From Raja brachyura (taxonomy: Eukaryota), in contig OY740795.1 in NCBI GenBank assembly GCA_963514005.1, positions 50,964,001-51,028,000 on the forward strand: 64,000 bases of DNA, read 5' to 3'. The position numbers were made by a program, and so were the translations under genes. Every line of letters begins with the position of its first letter. Positions within the stretch are counted from its first letter, which is position 1. The notes under the pieces are model-generated. The model saw only the letters and a list, made by a program, of their open reading frames with translations. It did not search any database and had not been told where the DNA came from. Of this stretch, positions 1 through 12,404 are shown piece after piece.

Positions 1-1444
1 TTGCATTCTAATGGGATGTAAACGTGGTTTGTGCTGTTTATTGACAATCATAGAAGTTATGTTTATTTCCATGATAACATAAAAAGACTTTTCAAACCAA
101 CAATTTTGTAATTAGAATTGCTTTTGGAATAATAATGACTTCTATATTTCCCTTCCATTATGTATGTCTATTCCTGCTATTTTTGATATTTTGAAAACTA
201 GTTTTCCTTAAACTGTACATATGTTTAATGTGAATCAAGCATGGGTCTAGTGTTGCAATGCTTAATGTCAACTGGGAATATCATTCAAACTAATCCACTT
301 ACTTGTAATGGTTAATAATTAGAGGGAGTTAGACAGGGAGTTACTCCAGCAATTGTGTGTCTGTCTTCAGACAGGTAGATGATTGTCTCCAGCATCTGTT
401 ATGTTTTTGCAAAAAAAGATCGCATGAATAACCAGAGGAACCTGAGGACTGTTTCTTCTCATTTTACCACAAGACTAAATTATGTTGATGATATTTCCTC
501 AGAATAATAATTATCCATATGTCCCACCTTGGAGATATTTGGATTCTGCTGAAATATACTGCTCAGAATATTGTCTTTCTTCCCTAATCCCTGAACAATC
601 AAACAAACATGCTTCAGGCATTTTGATCAGCACTCTCACTGCCTGAGTGCAGACACTGGAAAATCTCCACCAGCACAACATAATGTCCCCAAGTCACTTT
701 ATTTCCATTTTTGGCAACGCTATAGTATCAGCCATGGCTCATTGGGGTACCATTTTCCCATCTGACTGAAGAAAGGTGTTGATGGATGTCCCACTCCAGC
801 AACAAGCGCAGGATATGAGCTGACACTCCGGTGCTGCACTGTGGGTTTGCATCCATCTTTTGGATGAGCTGTTAATTATGGGCAATTGAAGTCTGTAAAT
901 TGGCTGCTGTAGTTTTACATTCCAACAGTAAATCCGATTCAGAAATGCATAATTTCTTAATGTATTTTGGTACACACTGAGTGCGAATGGCAGTCAATAA
1001 ATGATAGAATTAGTTTGATTATTCATACATTTAAACACATTTTCTGCTTGTTAAAGGGGAATTGTAAATCATAAGCTGGGAACAGGAGGTTTATTGAAGA
1101 ACACAGTTTACTAATGTGCTTTCCCAGCAAGTGTCAGAAATGTTGAGACAGAAGGAACAGCAGTCACGGGTTTGCACACAAAAAAATCACAATGTGCTGG
1201 AGTAACTCAGAAGGTCAGACAGCATCTCTCGAGAACATGGATAGGTAAAGGTTTAGGTTGGGAGCTTTTTTTAGACTGAAGAAGGTTCATGCCCAAAACA
1301 TCATCTAATGTATCCATGTCCTCCAGAGTTGGTGCCTGACCCACCAAGTTGCTCCTGCACTTAATGTACTATCAATGGTCTGATTTAACATGGCAATGTG
1401 TATATGCAGGTGAACGAACATGGCAAACTACCACCCTATTCATA

Positions 1445-1665
1445 CAGAATGCGGTTGATAGGGCTCTTAAAGAGGCCGACACACTGGATGCATTCAAAAG
1501 AGAGTTAGATAGTGCTCTTGGGGCCAGTGGAGTCAGGGGATATGGGGAGAAGGCAGGAACGAGGTACTGATTGGGGATGATTAGCCATGATCACATTGAA
1601 TGGCGGCGCTGGCTCGAAGGGCCAAATGGCCTATACCTGCAATTATTGTCTATTGTCTATTGATT
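1445..1665 (+). mobile_element. CR1-type LINE 3' end fragment
   Basis: Translates FKRELDSALGASGVRGYGEKAG, followed by the shared CR1 3'UTR and an (ATTGTCT)n tail. Confidence 0.85.
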
Positions 1666-2224
1666 ACTAACCCACAAAACAGTTCAGGCCACACAAATAG
1701 TGGGTGGAATTTCCTTTCAGTTTTGACAATCGAATGAGTGTTACAGCATCACCCACCAAGTTCTCCTGTCCTTGTAAACGATGACTTTGAAAAGCAGATG
1801 CTGGTTTACACCAAAAATAGACACAAAACGCTGGAGTAACCCAGCGGGACAGGCAGCATCTTTGGAGAGAAGGAGTGGGTAAAATTTTGGGTCGAGGCCT
1901 TTCTTCACCCATTCCTTCTCTCCAGAGATGCTGGCTGTCCCGTTGAGTTACTCCAGCACTTTGTGTCTGTCTTCAGTAGAATGGGTAACTGAGATAGACA
2001 AAGGAAGAAAAGCGATTTTCCCTTCAAAGCAAAAGAAGCCATGGAAGTAAAACTTGGAATTCACAAGGCGATCACAAATTCTTAAAAAGAACAGCAAGTG
2101 CCATGATCATTGAGTTCACCCCAAAACCCCTTGCCAGGGGGTGGCTAGGAGGAGCGTGATGGGATCAGCAGCTCAAAGCTCATGATAAGTATTTGCCTCT
2201 CCACCCTCTGCACAGTCCCCAGCT

Positions 2225-2800
2225 ACCTCACTATGCTGAGATTGGACTACCGCGCCTAGCGGATATCAGGACTGGGTTCCTGGTGCCAATCCAATGCTGA
2301 GCCTGAGTCACTGTGGCCGATGCAGTTCGGAGTCATTGTGTTGGAAAGAACTGCAGATGCTGGTTCAAATCGGTAGACACAAAATGCTGAGTAACTCAGC
2401 GGGACAGGCAGCATCTCTGGAGAGAAGGTATGGGTGACGTTTGGGGTCAAGACCCTTCTTCAGACTTAGGACTCATCCAATATTTGGACAGGTTGCCAGG
2501 CTGGGATTGCTGGACCCCAGTCAAAGTTCACACTGGCTCTCCAGCTCGCACCCAATGTTGGGTCTATGTCCTCGGGGCCCTATCTATCACTGATACTGGG
2601 ACTCCAAAGCCCACCCAATGTTGAATATGTGCCTAGGGCACACCCAATATTGAGAATGGGTCCCTAGGTCCTACACAACATTGAGACTGGGTTTCCAGGG
2701 CCCATCTGATGCCAGGTCTGGGTTTCCTGGGCCCACACAATGTTGGGATTGAGTCCCTTGGGCCCTCACAATGCCAATTTTCTTGAGGTCCAGTCAAATC
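2225..2800. repeat. Degenerate ~30-bp minisatellite, interrupted by a Penelope fragment at ~2340-2465
   Basis: Units such as cacccaatgttgggtctatgtcctcggggcc, cacccaatattgagaatgggtccctaggtcc and cacacaatgttgggattgagtcccttgggcc recur at 29-32 bp spacing. Confidence 0.7.
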
Positions 2801-2804
2801 CAGG

Positions 2805-3303
2805 AAGGCAGTGCAGCGTCGGTTCACCAGGTTAATTCCCGGGATGGCGGGACTGAAATATGATGAAAGAATGGATCGACTGGGCTTACAGTATATTCAC
2901 TGGAATTTAGATGAAGGGGATCTTATAGAAACATTTAAAATCTTATGGGATTGGAGAGGCTAGATGCAGGAAAAATGTTCCCCATGTTGGGGGATTCCAG
3001 AACCAGGGAGTCACAATTTAAGACTAAGGGGTAGGCCAATTAGGACGGAGATGAGGAAAAACTTTTTCACCCAGAGAGTTGTGAATCAGTGCAATTCTCT
3101 TTCCTACAGGAAGCAGTGCACACCAATTCACTGAAAGTTTTCAAGAGAGAGTTAGATATAGCTTAGGGATAATGGAATCAGTGGATATGGGGAGAAAGCA
3201 GGAACATTTTGGATGATCAGCCGTGATCATATTGAATGGTGGTGCTGGCTCAAAGGGCCGAATGGCCTACTCCTGCACCTATTTTCTATGTTTCTATGTT
3301 TCT
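2805..3303 (+). mobile_element. CR1 LINE 3' fragment (degenerate)
   Basis: Collinear with the 3' half of the CR1 at 23716-24814; ends in (TTCTATGT)n. Confidence 0.9.
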
Positions 3304-3769
3304 AAATCTGGGACGTGTCCTTGGGATACTTCTAATATCTATCTCTATCCTCAGAACTCACTGACAGGCACAGGTCTGTCATTGTACTGCACCAAAATAC
3401 TGGACACAAAATAATCACAGTACATCTCTGTTTAAGAAAGAACTGCATTTGCTGGAAAAATCTAAGGATCTCGCCAGATGCTGCCTCACCCGCTGAGTTT
3501 CTCCAGCACTTTTGTCTACCCACAGTACGTCTCTCGATTACAGGTGGACCAGTGAACTGCTACAGACTGGTGGACTGTCTGTAACAGTGCAACACAGTAG
3601 TACAGTGCAGACCGGCACAAGTCTGTCACTATATGTAGAGAATAGGTGGCCATTCTCCTGTCACTGCATAACATTGGAATGCTGAGACTCCCTGCCTACA
3701 AACAATAATTGAAGCAGGAGGATCCGGTACATGGAGTTGGGAGATGCTGGTCAACGGACACGGATGACA

Positions 3770-4097
3770 TATAACCATATAACAATCACAGCACGGAAAC
3801 AGGCCTTCTCGGCCCTTCCAGCCCGTGCTGACCATTTATTTTCCCGTAGTCCCATCTACCTGCATTCAGGCCATACCCCTCCATTCCCTTCCCGTCCATA
3901 TACCTATCCACTTTACTTTTAAATGTTAAAATCGATCCTGCCTCCACCACTTCTGCAGGAAGATTATTCCACACAGCCACCACTCTCTGAGTAAAGAAGT
4001 TCCCCCTCATGTTACCCCTAAACTTCTGTCCCTTAATTCCCATGTCATGCCCTCTTGTTTGAATCTTTCCTACCCTGAATTGGAAAAGCTTATCCAC
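3770..4097 (-). mobile_element. CR1 LINE 3' fragment (second subfamily)
   Basis: ORF 3786-4097 contains TRGH...NFFTQRVVAVWNNLPAEVVEAGS, the CR1 ORF2 C-terminus. Confidence 0.85.
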
Positions 4098-6160
4098 GTC
4101 TTACGCGACTGCTTTGAGCCAATGGACTGGTCCATATTCAGGGATTCCGCAGCCAACCATAATGATTACACCACTGCTGTGACTGTCTTCATCAGCAAGT
4201 GCGTGGAAGACTGTGTGCCAACAAAGTGAGTCCGAGTGTTCCCCAACCGGAAACCATGGATGAATCGCGAGGTACATTTACGAGACAAGGCCCAGGTCCG
4301 CTGCACAAGTCAAACGATCCTGAAAGGTACAAGAAGACCCGCTATGGTCAAGGATGCCAAGAAACAGTACCAGGTCAGACTTGAATCCCAGTATGATCAC
4401 TCGGACACATGGAGAATGTGGCAAGGTCTGAATACTATAACTTGCTGAAAAACAAGATCAGGCAACATTATTGGTGATAGTGCAACCCTCCCTGATGAAC
4501 TGAATGCTTTCTAAGCTCGCTTTCAGCAGAAGGCCAACAGGGAGGTGACACCTGGCCCTTCAGATTCCAGTGGACCTCTCCCCAGGGTGATTGTAGCAAA
4601 GGTTAGACCAGCCTTCCTGAGGGAAAACCCACGGTAAGCAACTGTCCCAGACAGAGTACCCGGCCGTGTGCTGAGTAGCTGCGCGGACCAGCTAGTGGGA
4701 GTATTGGCGGATATCTTTAATCTCTCCCTACTCCATTCGGAGGTACCCACCTGCTTCAAGAAGACCACCATCATCCCAGTGCTGAAGAAAAGCAAGAACT
4801 CGTGTCTAATCGACGACCGTCCAGTGGCTTTGACATCCACCATCATGAAATGTTTTGCGAGGCTAGTTATGGAACGCATTAAATCCAGTCTACCCAGCGG
4901 CCTTGACCCACTGCAGTTCACCTTCCGCCACAACTGGTCCATGAATGATGCCATCGCCCCAGCCCTACACTCATTCCTGGAACACCTGGATAACAGAGAC
5001 ATCTACGCCACACTCCTATTCATAGACTACAGCTCTGCCTTTAACACCATCCAAGCTCATCACCAAACTCACGGGACTTGGAGTCAGCACTCATCTCCGA
5101 GGTTTCACCGAACACCTCCGCCCTACACTCATCCCTGGAACACCTGAAGAAGAGAGGCACATATGTCAGAGACTACAGCTCTATATTCATAAACGACGGC
5201 TCTGCCCTGAATACCATTACACCATCCTCATTAGCAAACTCACGGGACTTGGTGTCAGCTCTCATCTCTGCAACTGGATCCTTGACTTCCTGACCAACAG
5301 ACCCCAATCAGTGAGGATAGAAGACAAATCATCCTCCACGATAATCCACTAGTGCACCGCAAGGATGCGTTCTCAGCCCCCTTGTTTACTTCTTGTACAC
5401 CCATCACTGTGCAGCCATGTACAAATCTAATGCAATCTACAAATGCACAGATGGCACCACCATTGTGGGCGGGATATCAAACTATGAGATGGAGTACAGG
5501 AAGGAGATCGAGAACCTCGTGTCCTGGTGTCGAGACGACAGCCTTTCGCCCAATGTCAGCAAGACAATGGAGACAGTGGTCGACTTCAGGAAGTGAAGCG
5601 ACCACAAAAACACCCCATTTTGCATTGATGGTGCCACAGTAGAGATGGTCGAAAACTTCAAATTTCTAGGATTCAATATCACCAGCAACTTCTCCTAGAC
5701 CACCCATATTGAAGCAAGGACCAAGAAAGCACATCAATGCCTCTACTTCTTTGAAGGCTTAAGAAGTTTGACATGTCCCCAACAACTCTCACCAACCTCT
5801 ACACCATAGAAAGCATTTTATCAGGATGCATCGCAGCTTGGTTTGGGAACAGCTCCATACAAGACTGCAAGAAATTGCAGTGAATTGTGGATGCAGCCCA
5901 GACCATCACACAAACCAACCTCCCTTGCATTTACTCAATTTATACCTCGCGCTGCCGCGGCAACGCCAACGGCATAATCAAGGATGAGTTGAACCCTGGT
6001 CACTCCCTCTTCTCCCCTCTCCCATCAGGTAAAAGGTATAGAAGTGTGAAAACGCACACCTCCAGATTCAGGGAGAACTTCTTCCCTGCATGCAACAAAA
6101 GCTTTTCACTGTACCTTGTAACACATGACAATAAACTAAACTGAACCAAACTGAACTTTT
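4098..6160 (+). mobile_element. Rex1/Babar-type LINE, disrupted ORF2 (RT) plus 3' tail
   Basis: Motifs [58 protein letters not shown]. Several stops and frameshifts. Tail ...catgacaataaactaaactgaac. Confidence 0.9.
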
Positions 6161-7269
6161 GAAATGTAACACTGAAGTACAATACTGTTATTGGAATGGG
6201 TTTATTATTGGTACACGTACCAAAATATAGTGAAAAACTTTGTTTGTGTGCCATGCAGTCAATTCAAAGTATAATCAAGCCACGCCCCCGTCATCAGTCT
6301 GAAGAAAGGTCTCGACCTAAAACGCGCCTATTTCTTCTCTCCATAGATGCTGCCTCACCCGCTGTTTCTCCAGCATTTTATGTTTACCACGTACAAAAGT
6401 ACAACAGGTTATGCAAAGAGGAAAATGCCAGAGTGCAGAATATGGGGTCACAGCAATTAAAGCATTACAGTTGCAGAGGAGAAGGCCAAGGGCAGCAACG
6501 AGGTAGGTTGGAAGATCGGGACTACACCCCAGCTGATGGGAGGACTGTTCAGGAGTCTGATACTAGTGGGGAAGAAGATGTTTTTGTAACTTCTACCCAA
6601 TGGGAAATGGGAGAAGAGCGAATGGGTGATAAAGGAGCCGGAGTTAACGGTGGGGAGGCTGATTTATGTGAAGGTCTAACCTACATCCACAAATCTCTGC
6701 AATTTTTTGTAGGGTGGGGCAGAATTGTTACCAAAGCAGGATCTTGTCTGTCGTGCATCTGTAGAACGTTCTCGGAAGATGAGAGGGCGTAACACCCTTC
6801 CATCAACTCCTTTAGATGCATTGAGTATGCACTGGAAAGTACTGCCAAATGCACCACCTCACACTGGATTCATGAGATAACAAGGTGTTATCTGCAATCA
6901 AGAACATCACAGGCATAATTGACCAAACATTTGTTCAACTTAATCAAGTTACTGTGAAATTGACATTTTTTTCTTTTTTACATCGTCTTATTTTGGACAT
7001 TCAGATACAAATATTAAAAGTGCCACTGTCCCTCCTCTGGTTCTACATATCACTCATCATCATTCTTTTTTGTCAGATTCCACCATCTGCACCCTTTTGT
7101 CTTCTCTACTTATCACCTCCAGCCTTGGTTACCATCTCTGCCTCTCTCTGTCCCATGTGATGCATCTACCAATCTACCCTTCCTTATCTGGATTCACCTA
7201 TCATCTATCACTTGACAGATATCCCCCTCAACCACTCCCCTCACATCTTTCTACCAGCTATTTCCTCTA

Positions 7270-8040
7270 TTTATCAGGCTGAAGAAGGGTCCAACTCAAA
7301 ACGTTGTCTGTAGGAAGGAACTGCAGATGCTGGTTTAAATCGAAGATAGACACAAAAAGCTGGAGTAACTCAGTGGGTCAGACAGCATCTCTGGAGAAAA
7401 GGAAAAGGTGACATTTCGGATTGAGACCCTTCTTCAGACTGAGAGTCAGGGGAGAGGGAAACGTGAGATATAGGTGGTGATGTAGAGAAATAGAACAAAT
7501 GACTGAAAGATATGGACAAAAAGTGAGGATGAAGAAAACAGGTCATTGTTAGCTGTGTAGCTAGGTGAAGACGAGTGCAGACAATCTGTTGCCAAACACT
7601 TTAATTCCCCATCCCATTCCCACACTGACTTTTCTACCAATGAGACTGAATAAGACTTTGACGATGGCAACACTTGAGTGGGGGAGGGACGGACAGAGAG
7701 GGGATGCAAGGATTGCTGGAAGTTAGAGAAATCGAGAATCATACCACTGGGCTTTAAGCTGCCCAAGCGAAAAATATGAGATGCTGTTCCTCCAATTTTC
7801 ATTTGGCAATGGACTATGGAGGAGGCCTAGGACAGAAAGGTCAGTGTGGGAATGGGAAGGGGAATTAATATGTTTGCCAACCGGGAGTCTCATTGTCAGT
7901 ACTCGTTCTCACCTTGTACACAGCTAACAACAATGGCCCGTTTCTTTTATCATTGTTACTTTTTTGTATAACTTTCATTCATTGTTCTATATCTCTCTAC
8001 ATCACCGTCTATGTCTCTCGTTTCCATTTCCCGACTCCCA
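7270..8040 (-). mobile_element. Rearranged Penelope-like element remnant (GIY-YIG C-terminus plus terminal repeat)
   Basis: Minus strand HIFRLGSLKPSGMILDFSNF and a plus-strand VAKHFNSPSHSHTDFS piece are Penelope-type endonuclease motifs. They are contiguous with the short terminal repeat found throughout the window. Confidence 0.8.
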
Positions 8041-8344
8041 TCCTCAAGAAAATGTCTGTCCATTTTCCTGCCTGACCTGCTGAGTTCCTCCAGCAATGTG
8101 TTTTCTGTAAATGTTGACAGTGCAGGAAATACTCAGCAAGTCAGGTAACATTGGGTTGTGAGTAATGGAATTTGAATTTTAGAATGAAACCCTTTTGTCA
8201 CAACCCAAAAGGTCATCAACTTGAAATGTTAACTGTGATTTTTTTCTCTCCTCAGATGCTGAGTATTTCCAGCATGTTCTATTTCTATTTCACACTTCCA
8301 GTTCATCCAGTGTTTTTCTTTTTAATCAATATAATTTATTTTTT

Positions 8345-8670
8345 TAGGTTTAGAAATACAGCATGGAAACGGGTCCTTTGGCCCACCAGGTCCACCATCG
8401 ATCAACCTGTTAGGGTTAACAGGTTAACTGACAACTGTTATCAGACTTTCTCATCCACTCCCTACACGTCAGGCCAATATACAGAGGCCAATTAACCTAC
8501 AAACCCATACATCCTTGGCTTGTGGGAGGTAACTGGAGCGCCTGGAATCCCACACAGTCACAGGAACAACATGCATACTCCGCACAGACAGCACCCAAGG
8601 TGAGGATGGAAACCAGGTCACTGGCACTACGAGGCAGCATCTCTACCAGCTGTGCCTCTGCACCACCCAA
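8345..8670 (-). mobile_element. tRNA-derived V-SINE (HE1-like)
   Basis: Reverse complement has the head ggtggtgcagaggcacagctggtagagatgctgcc and V-domain-like ...tgtgcggagtatgcatgttg...; matches the other copies. Confidence 0.8.
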
Positions 8671-9311
8671 GTACTATTGGTAGAATTTCATATACAACAG
8701 TGTTCTGAAAAATCCACAAACTGCTCATAAAAGTTAGTTCATTGTTGTTGGAAAAGTCTGCTGACTGCTCCCCATATATTCCTCTCTTCTGTAAGCCATG
8801 GCATTAGATGGTTGCTTGTCTCTGATGGCTGGAACATCTGCTGTTGATTGTGTCCATGTGTTGTTGTGCATGTGAGCGATGCTTTAGCAGAACTATACTT
8901 TCCAACCTTTTCTGGATCTACACACCACAGCTGTTCCGTGACTTCTGTGCATATTAATAGATTTTAATAAAGATGGTGTCTCAGGTAATACATTCAAAAT
9001 AATTTCAATTTTTCTCTCTTTCTGGAATAAATCATAGAATAATTAAAACGAGTTAGCAATTACTATGCATTGCACTGATGTTTCTAGCTGGCCACGACGT
9101 GAATGTTTATGATGTGAATTTATATCAGTTGCACACATCATACAAAATGATGAAGTCAGACAGTTACTAGTACAACATGCATGAGACTGAATCATGCTCT
9201 GATCAGTCACTCAGGCTGTGAACACAGAACTGAGTCTCCATTTACTTTAGTCAATATTGTGACCCCATTAAACTTTTTGTGGCAGTCTATGAGGTGCTAG
9301 AATTTGTACTG

Positions 9312-9325
9312 GTTGCCAAGGCAAC
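9312..9325. promoter_or_regulatory. Palindromic RFX X-box-like motif
   Basis: GTTGCC-AA-GGCAAC, a perfect inverted 6-mer pair fitting the X-box consensus. Function is untested. Confidence 0.35.
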
Positions 9326-9355
9326 ATACCCCTATCGTTCCTGATCCGGCTTCTA

Positions 9356-9585
9356 AGATAGACAGAAAAAGCTGGAGTAACTCAGCGGGACAGGCAGCAT
9401 CTCTGTAGAGAAGGAATGGGTGACGTTTTGGGTAGAGGCTCTTCCTCGGACTAAAGAAGGGTCTTGACCCAAAACGTCACCCATGCCCTCCTTCTCTCCA
9501 GAGATGCTGCCTGTCCCGCTGAGTTCCTCCAGCTTTTTGTGTTTATCTTCAGTTTAAACCAGCATCTGCAGACCCTGCCTGCACA
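9356..9585. mobile_element. Penelope terminal-repeat pair in inverted (hairpin) arrangement
   Basis: gctggagtaactcagcgggacaggcagcatctct... is followed by its reverse complement ...agagatgctgcctgtcccgctgagttcctccagc. Confidence 0.85.
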
Positions 9586-10590
9586 TTTCTAATGGATCTT
9601 GGTGCTTTCAGCTCCAGGAATAACCGCGGTGCCGTAGGAAACCTTTCTGTTGATTCCTCCCCCTCTCCAAAGATACCATTGTTTCACATATTCCGAATCC
9701 AGTAACTTTCCATTCTCCGACCCGATTCAAGAATTCTCACACAAGCTCACTCCTTTGTTCCAGCTGCAATGTTTTCAGTATTTAATTTCCCTCTTGAATT
9801 ACAGCCAGTTCTCACTTAAACCTTGAAGCATGACAACACACATTCTCTTTCCACTGGCTGCCCACAGATTGGGAATTACATGTTACAAAATACTGAGGGG
9901 GAAGCACTGTTAAGTAACATATGTCTGCATGCTTCTATGTATTAGAGACAAAACGGGGATGCACCGAGGGAACTACGATTTTCTGAGTTGCACACTGTTG
10001 TTTAAAGGGGAACTTGCAGTAAATTGAATGCATCAGGTTGAGTGGTGCTACATCAATTCTCCTGGCTTCATATGTGTAACTGCAGCTGCATCCTCTTGCT
10101 CTGCACCTCCATTCTGATCTGGCCTTGAGTACAGGTTGGGATAACAAAGTTTTGCAGCACGCAGCAGATAATGAGGATCCTGGAAGGCTTTTCGCTAAGG
10201 TGCTGCTGGTGAGCTCAGCCATCTGAGGTACTGCTCCAAAATGCCCACTGGCATGAACAATAATGATCCTGCTAATTCCGTGGGTCTTTTCATAGATGCT
10301 GGTGTTCTGTGCCTGTAGCCTTTGCCAGGCCTCATTAGTCAGCAGTGCCCCACTTTATTTCAGACCCACTATAGGTGTTGGGCTGCATTAAACTGTCTGC
10401 AGAAAAACTGCGCGCACACACACACACACACACGCACCATTTTGAAGGCAGCATCAACAACCTCTTATTGTAAAAGGGAATATTACTCATAAATATTTTA
10501 AGGATATTTTCATTCAATTTAGGGAGTTATTTTACCATATGCTCCGTGCCTTAAACAGCTGGAACTGAATCGGTAAAAGTTCAGGAAAGT

Positions 10591-10618
10591 CTGAAGAAGG
10601 GTCTCGACCCGAAACGTC
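10591..10618 (+). ncRNA. Minimal hammerhead-ribozyme-like core in a Penelope terminal repeat
   Basis: CTGAAGA-A-GGGTC-TC-GACCC-GAAAC-GTC gives the CUGANGA box, stem II, the GAAA box, a palindromic ACGT stem III and a GUC site. Stem I is only ~2 bp. Confidence 0.55.
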
Positions 10619-10721
10619 ACCCATTCCTTAAAGCCAGAGATGCTGCCTGCCCCGCTGAGTTACTCCAGCATTTTGTGTCTATCTTCGGTTTAAACTAGCA
10701 TCTGCTGTTCCTTCCTACACA

Positions 10722-11290
10722 TATTGAGTATAGAGGTTGGGAGGTCATGTTGCAGTTGTATAAGCCGTCGGCGAGGCCACTTTTAGAGTATAGTGCTCAT
10801 TTCTGGGCACCGTGTTCTAGGAAAGATATTGTCAAGCAGGAAAGCGTACAGAGATAGTGTGCGAGGATGTTGCCAGGTCTGAGCTATCTGGAGAGGTTGA
10901 GTAGCCTGGGACTCTATTTCTTGGATCACAGAAGGATAAGGGGTGATGTTATGGAGGTGCATAATATGTTGTGAGGAATAAATCGGGGAGATGCCATGAG
11001 TAGATGAATCGAGGACCAGAGGACATAGGTTTAAGGTGAAGGGGGAAAGATTTACTCGGAATCTGAGTTCTTTTTCACACAATGGGTGGAACAAGCTACC
11101 AGAGGAAGTAGTTGAGGCTGGGACTATCCCAACGCTTAAGAAACAGTTAGACAGGTACATGGATAGGACAGGTTTGAAGGGATATGGACCAAATGCAGGA
11201 AGGTTGGACTAGTGTAGCTGGGACATGTTGGCTGGTGTGCGCAAGTTGGGCCAAAGGGCCTGTTTCCACACTGCATCTCTCTAAGTTTCT
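10722..11290 (+). mobile_element. CR1 (HER1-like) LINE 3' fragment
   Basis: Degenerate ORF2 C-terminus. The 3' end gggccaaagggcctgtttccacactg is shared with the V-SINE tails. Confidence 0.85.
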
Positions 11291-11836
11291 CTCTGCATCT
11301 ACTTGTTTCAGTTACAGTTCTTAAAGAATGCACGCAATCCATGATAGAAACAGTGATGTGAATTAACCAGCAAATTCCTCATCATATTCACCATGTAAGA
11401 CTCTGCCCCATGTTATTTAACCATGACCTAAACGATTGAAAAAGCTGTGAACTGAAATCCAGATATTGTAAATTATTTACATCTTCTAGCCAAGGAATAA
11501 TTCTTTCTGGAATACAGTGTCATATTTCTTTTATATTGACATCCTTCCTCTTTGTGCTTAGGAGAGGGAGGATTTGTGATGGGGAAAGAAGAGAAGGAGG
11601 AGAAAGTAAAGGTCCGGGTCAATGAGCCAAGAGAGTGAAGATGTTTGGAATTTAAAACAATATCACATACCAAAACAATGCCCTTTTAGTTGGATAGACA
11701 CAAAATGTTGGAGTAACTCAGTGGGTCTGACAACATCTGTGGAGAAAATGGATAGGTGACATTCTGGGTTGGGACTCTTCCTCTTTTGTTGGTCTTTGTG
11801 CATTAAAAATGTGTTGTGCGAATGTTCTGATGCTTA

Positions 11837-12404
11837 AGGGCCTGTCCCACCAGCATCCGACTCCATGCGGTGAACGCGATCAAACTAGAAGCGGGGGCCG
11901 CGCGGAGGTCGGGTGATCCCCTGTACAGGGCCGTTCCCACCAGCATGCGCCTGCATGCAGCAAGCGCAACCAAACCGGCAGCAGGGGCCGCGCGGAGGTC
12001 GGGTGAGTGGCGCAACGCGGCGCAAAGGGCGGCGAACTTGGAGCGAAGTCCAAGGTAAGTTTGCCAGGACAGAGAGGGGCACACAGAGAGGGGCACAGAG
12101 GCACACACTCACACAGAGCCACAGAGCCACACACATAGAGGGCCACGGAGGCACTTACAAATAGGTTCACGGAGGCACGATGTCCGGGCGGTGTGTAAAT
12201 GTCGAGGCGACTGCAAGCCGGCAAGCCGTTGCCGTGCGGAATTTTTGGACATAGTTGGTTTTTCGGAGCCCCGCGCGGTGTTGGGACGATTTCCGCACGG
12301 CTCCGGCGATCGAAGTGGGACCGGCCCCGCGACGCCGTACGGCTCAAGCGACCATGTTAGGTCGCGGTAATCGCATAGAGTTGCATGCTGGTGGGACAGG
12401 CCCT
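11837..12404. mobile_element. PIF/Harbinger-type MITE family A, copy 1
   Basis: TIRs AGGGCCTGTCCCACCAGCAT ... ATGCTGGTGGGACAGGCCCT; flanks TTA/TTT; an inverted copy lies at 53850-54427. Confidence 0.85.

Noticed and set aside
528-590. Possible 63-nt minus-strand exon (ttcag|GGATTA...CCAAG|gtggga) as TdT exon 8
   Set aside because: It lacks the expected GHDVDFLI motif, and joining it to the phase-2 end of exon 7 gives an immediate stop.
2470-2800. CRISPR-like appearance of the ~30-bp periodic sequence
   Set aside because: Vertebrate intron context, degenerate adjacent units, no repeat-spacer alternation and no cas genes.
6196-6792. 198-aa ORF
   Set aside because: It is stitched across Rex1-tail, Penelope and other repeat fragments, with no coherent protein signal.
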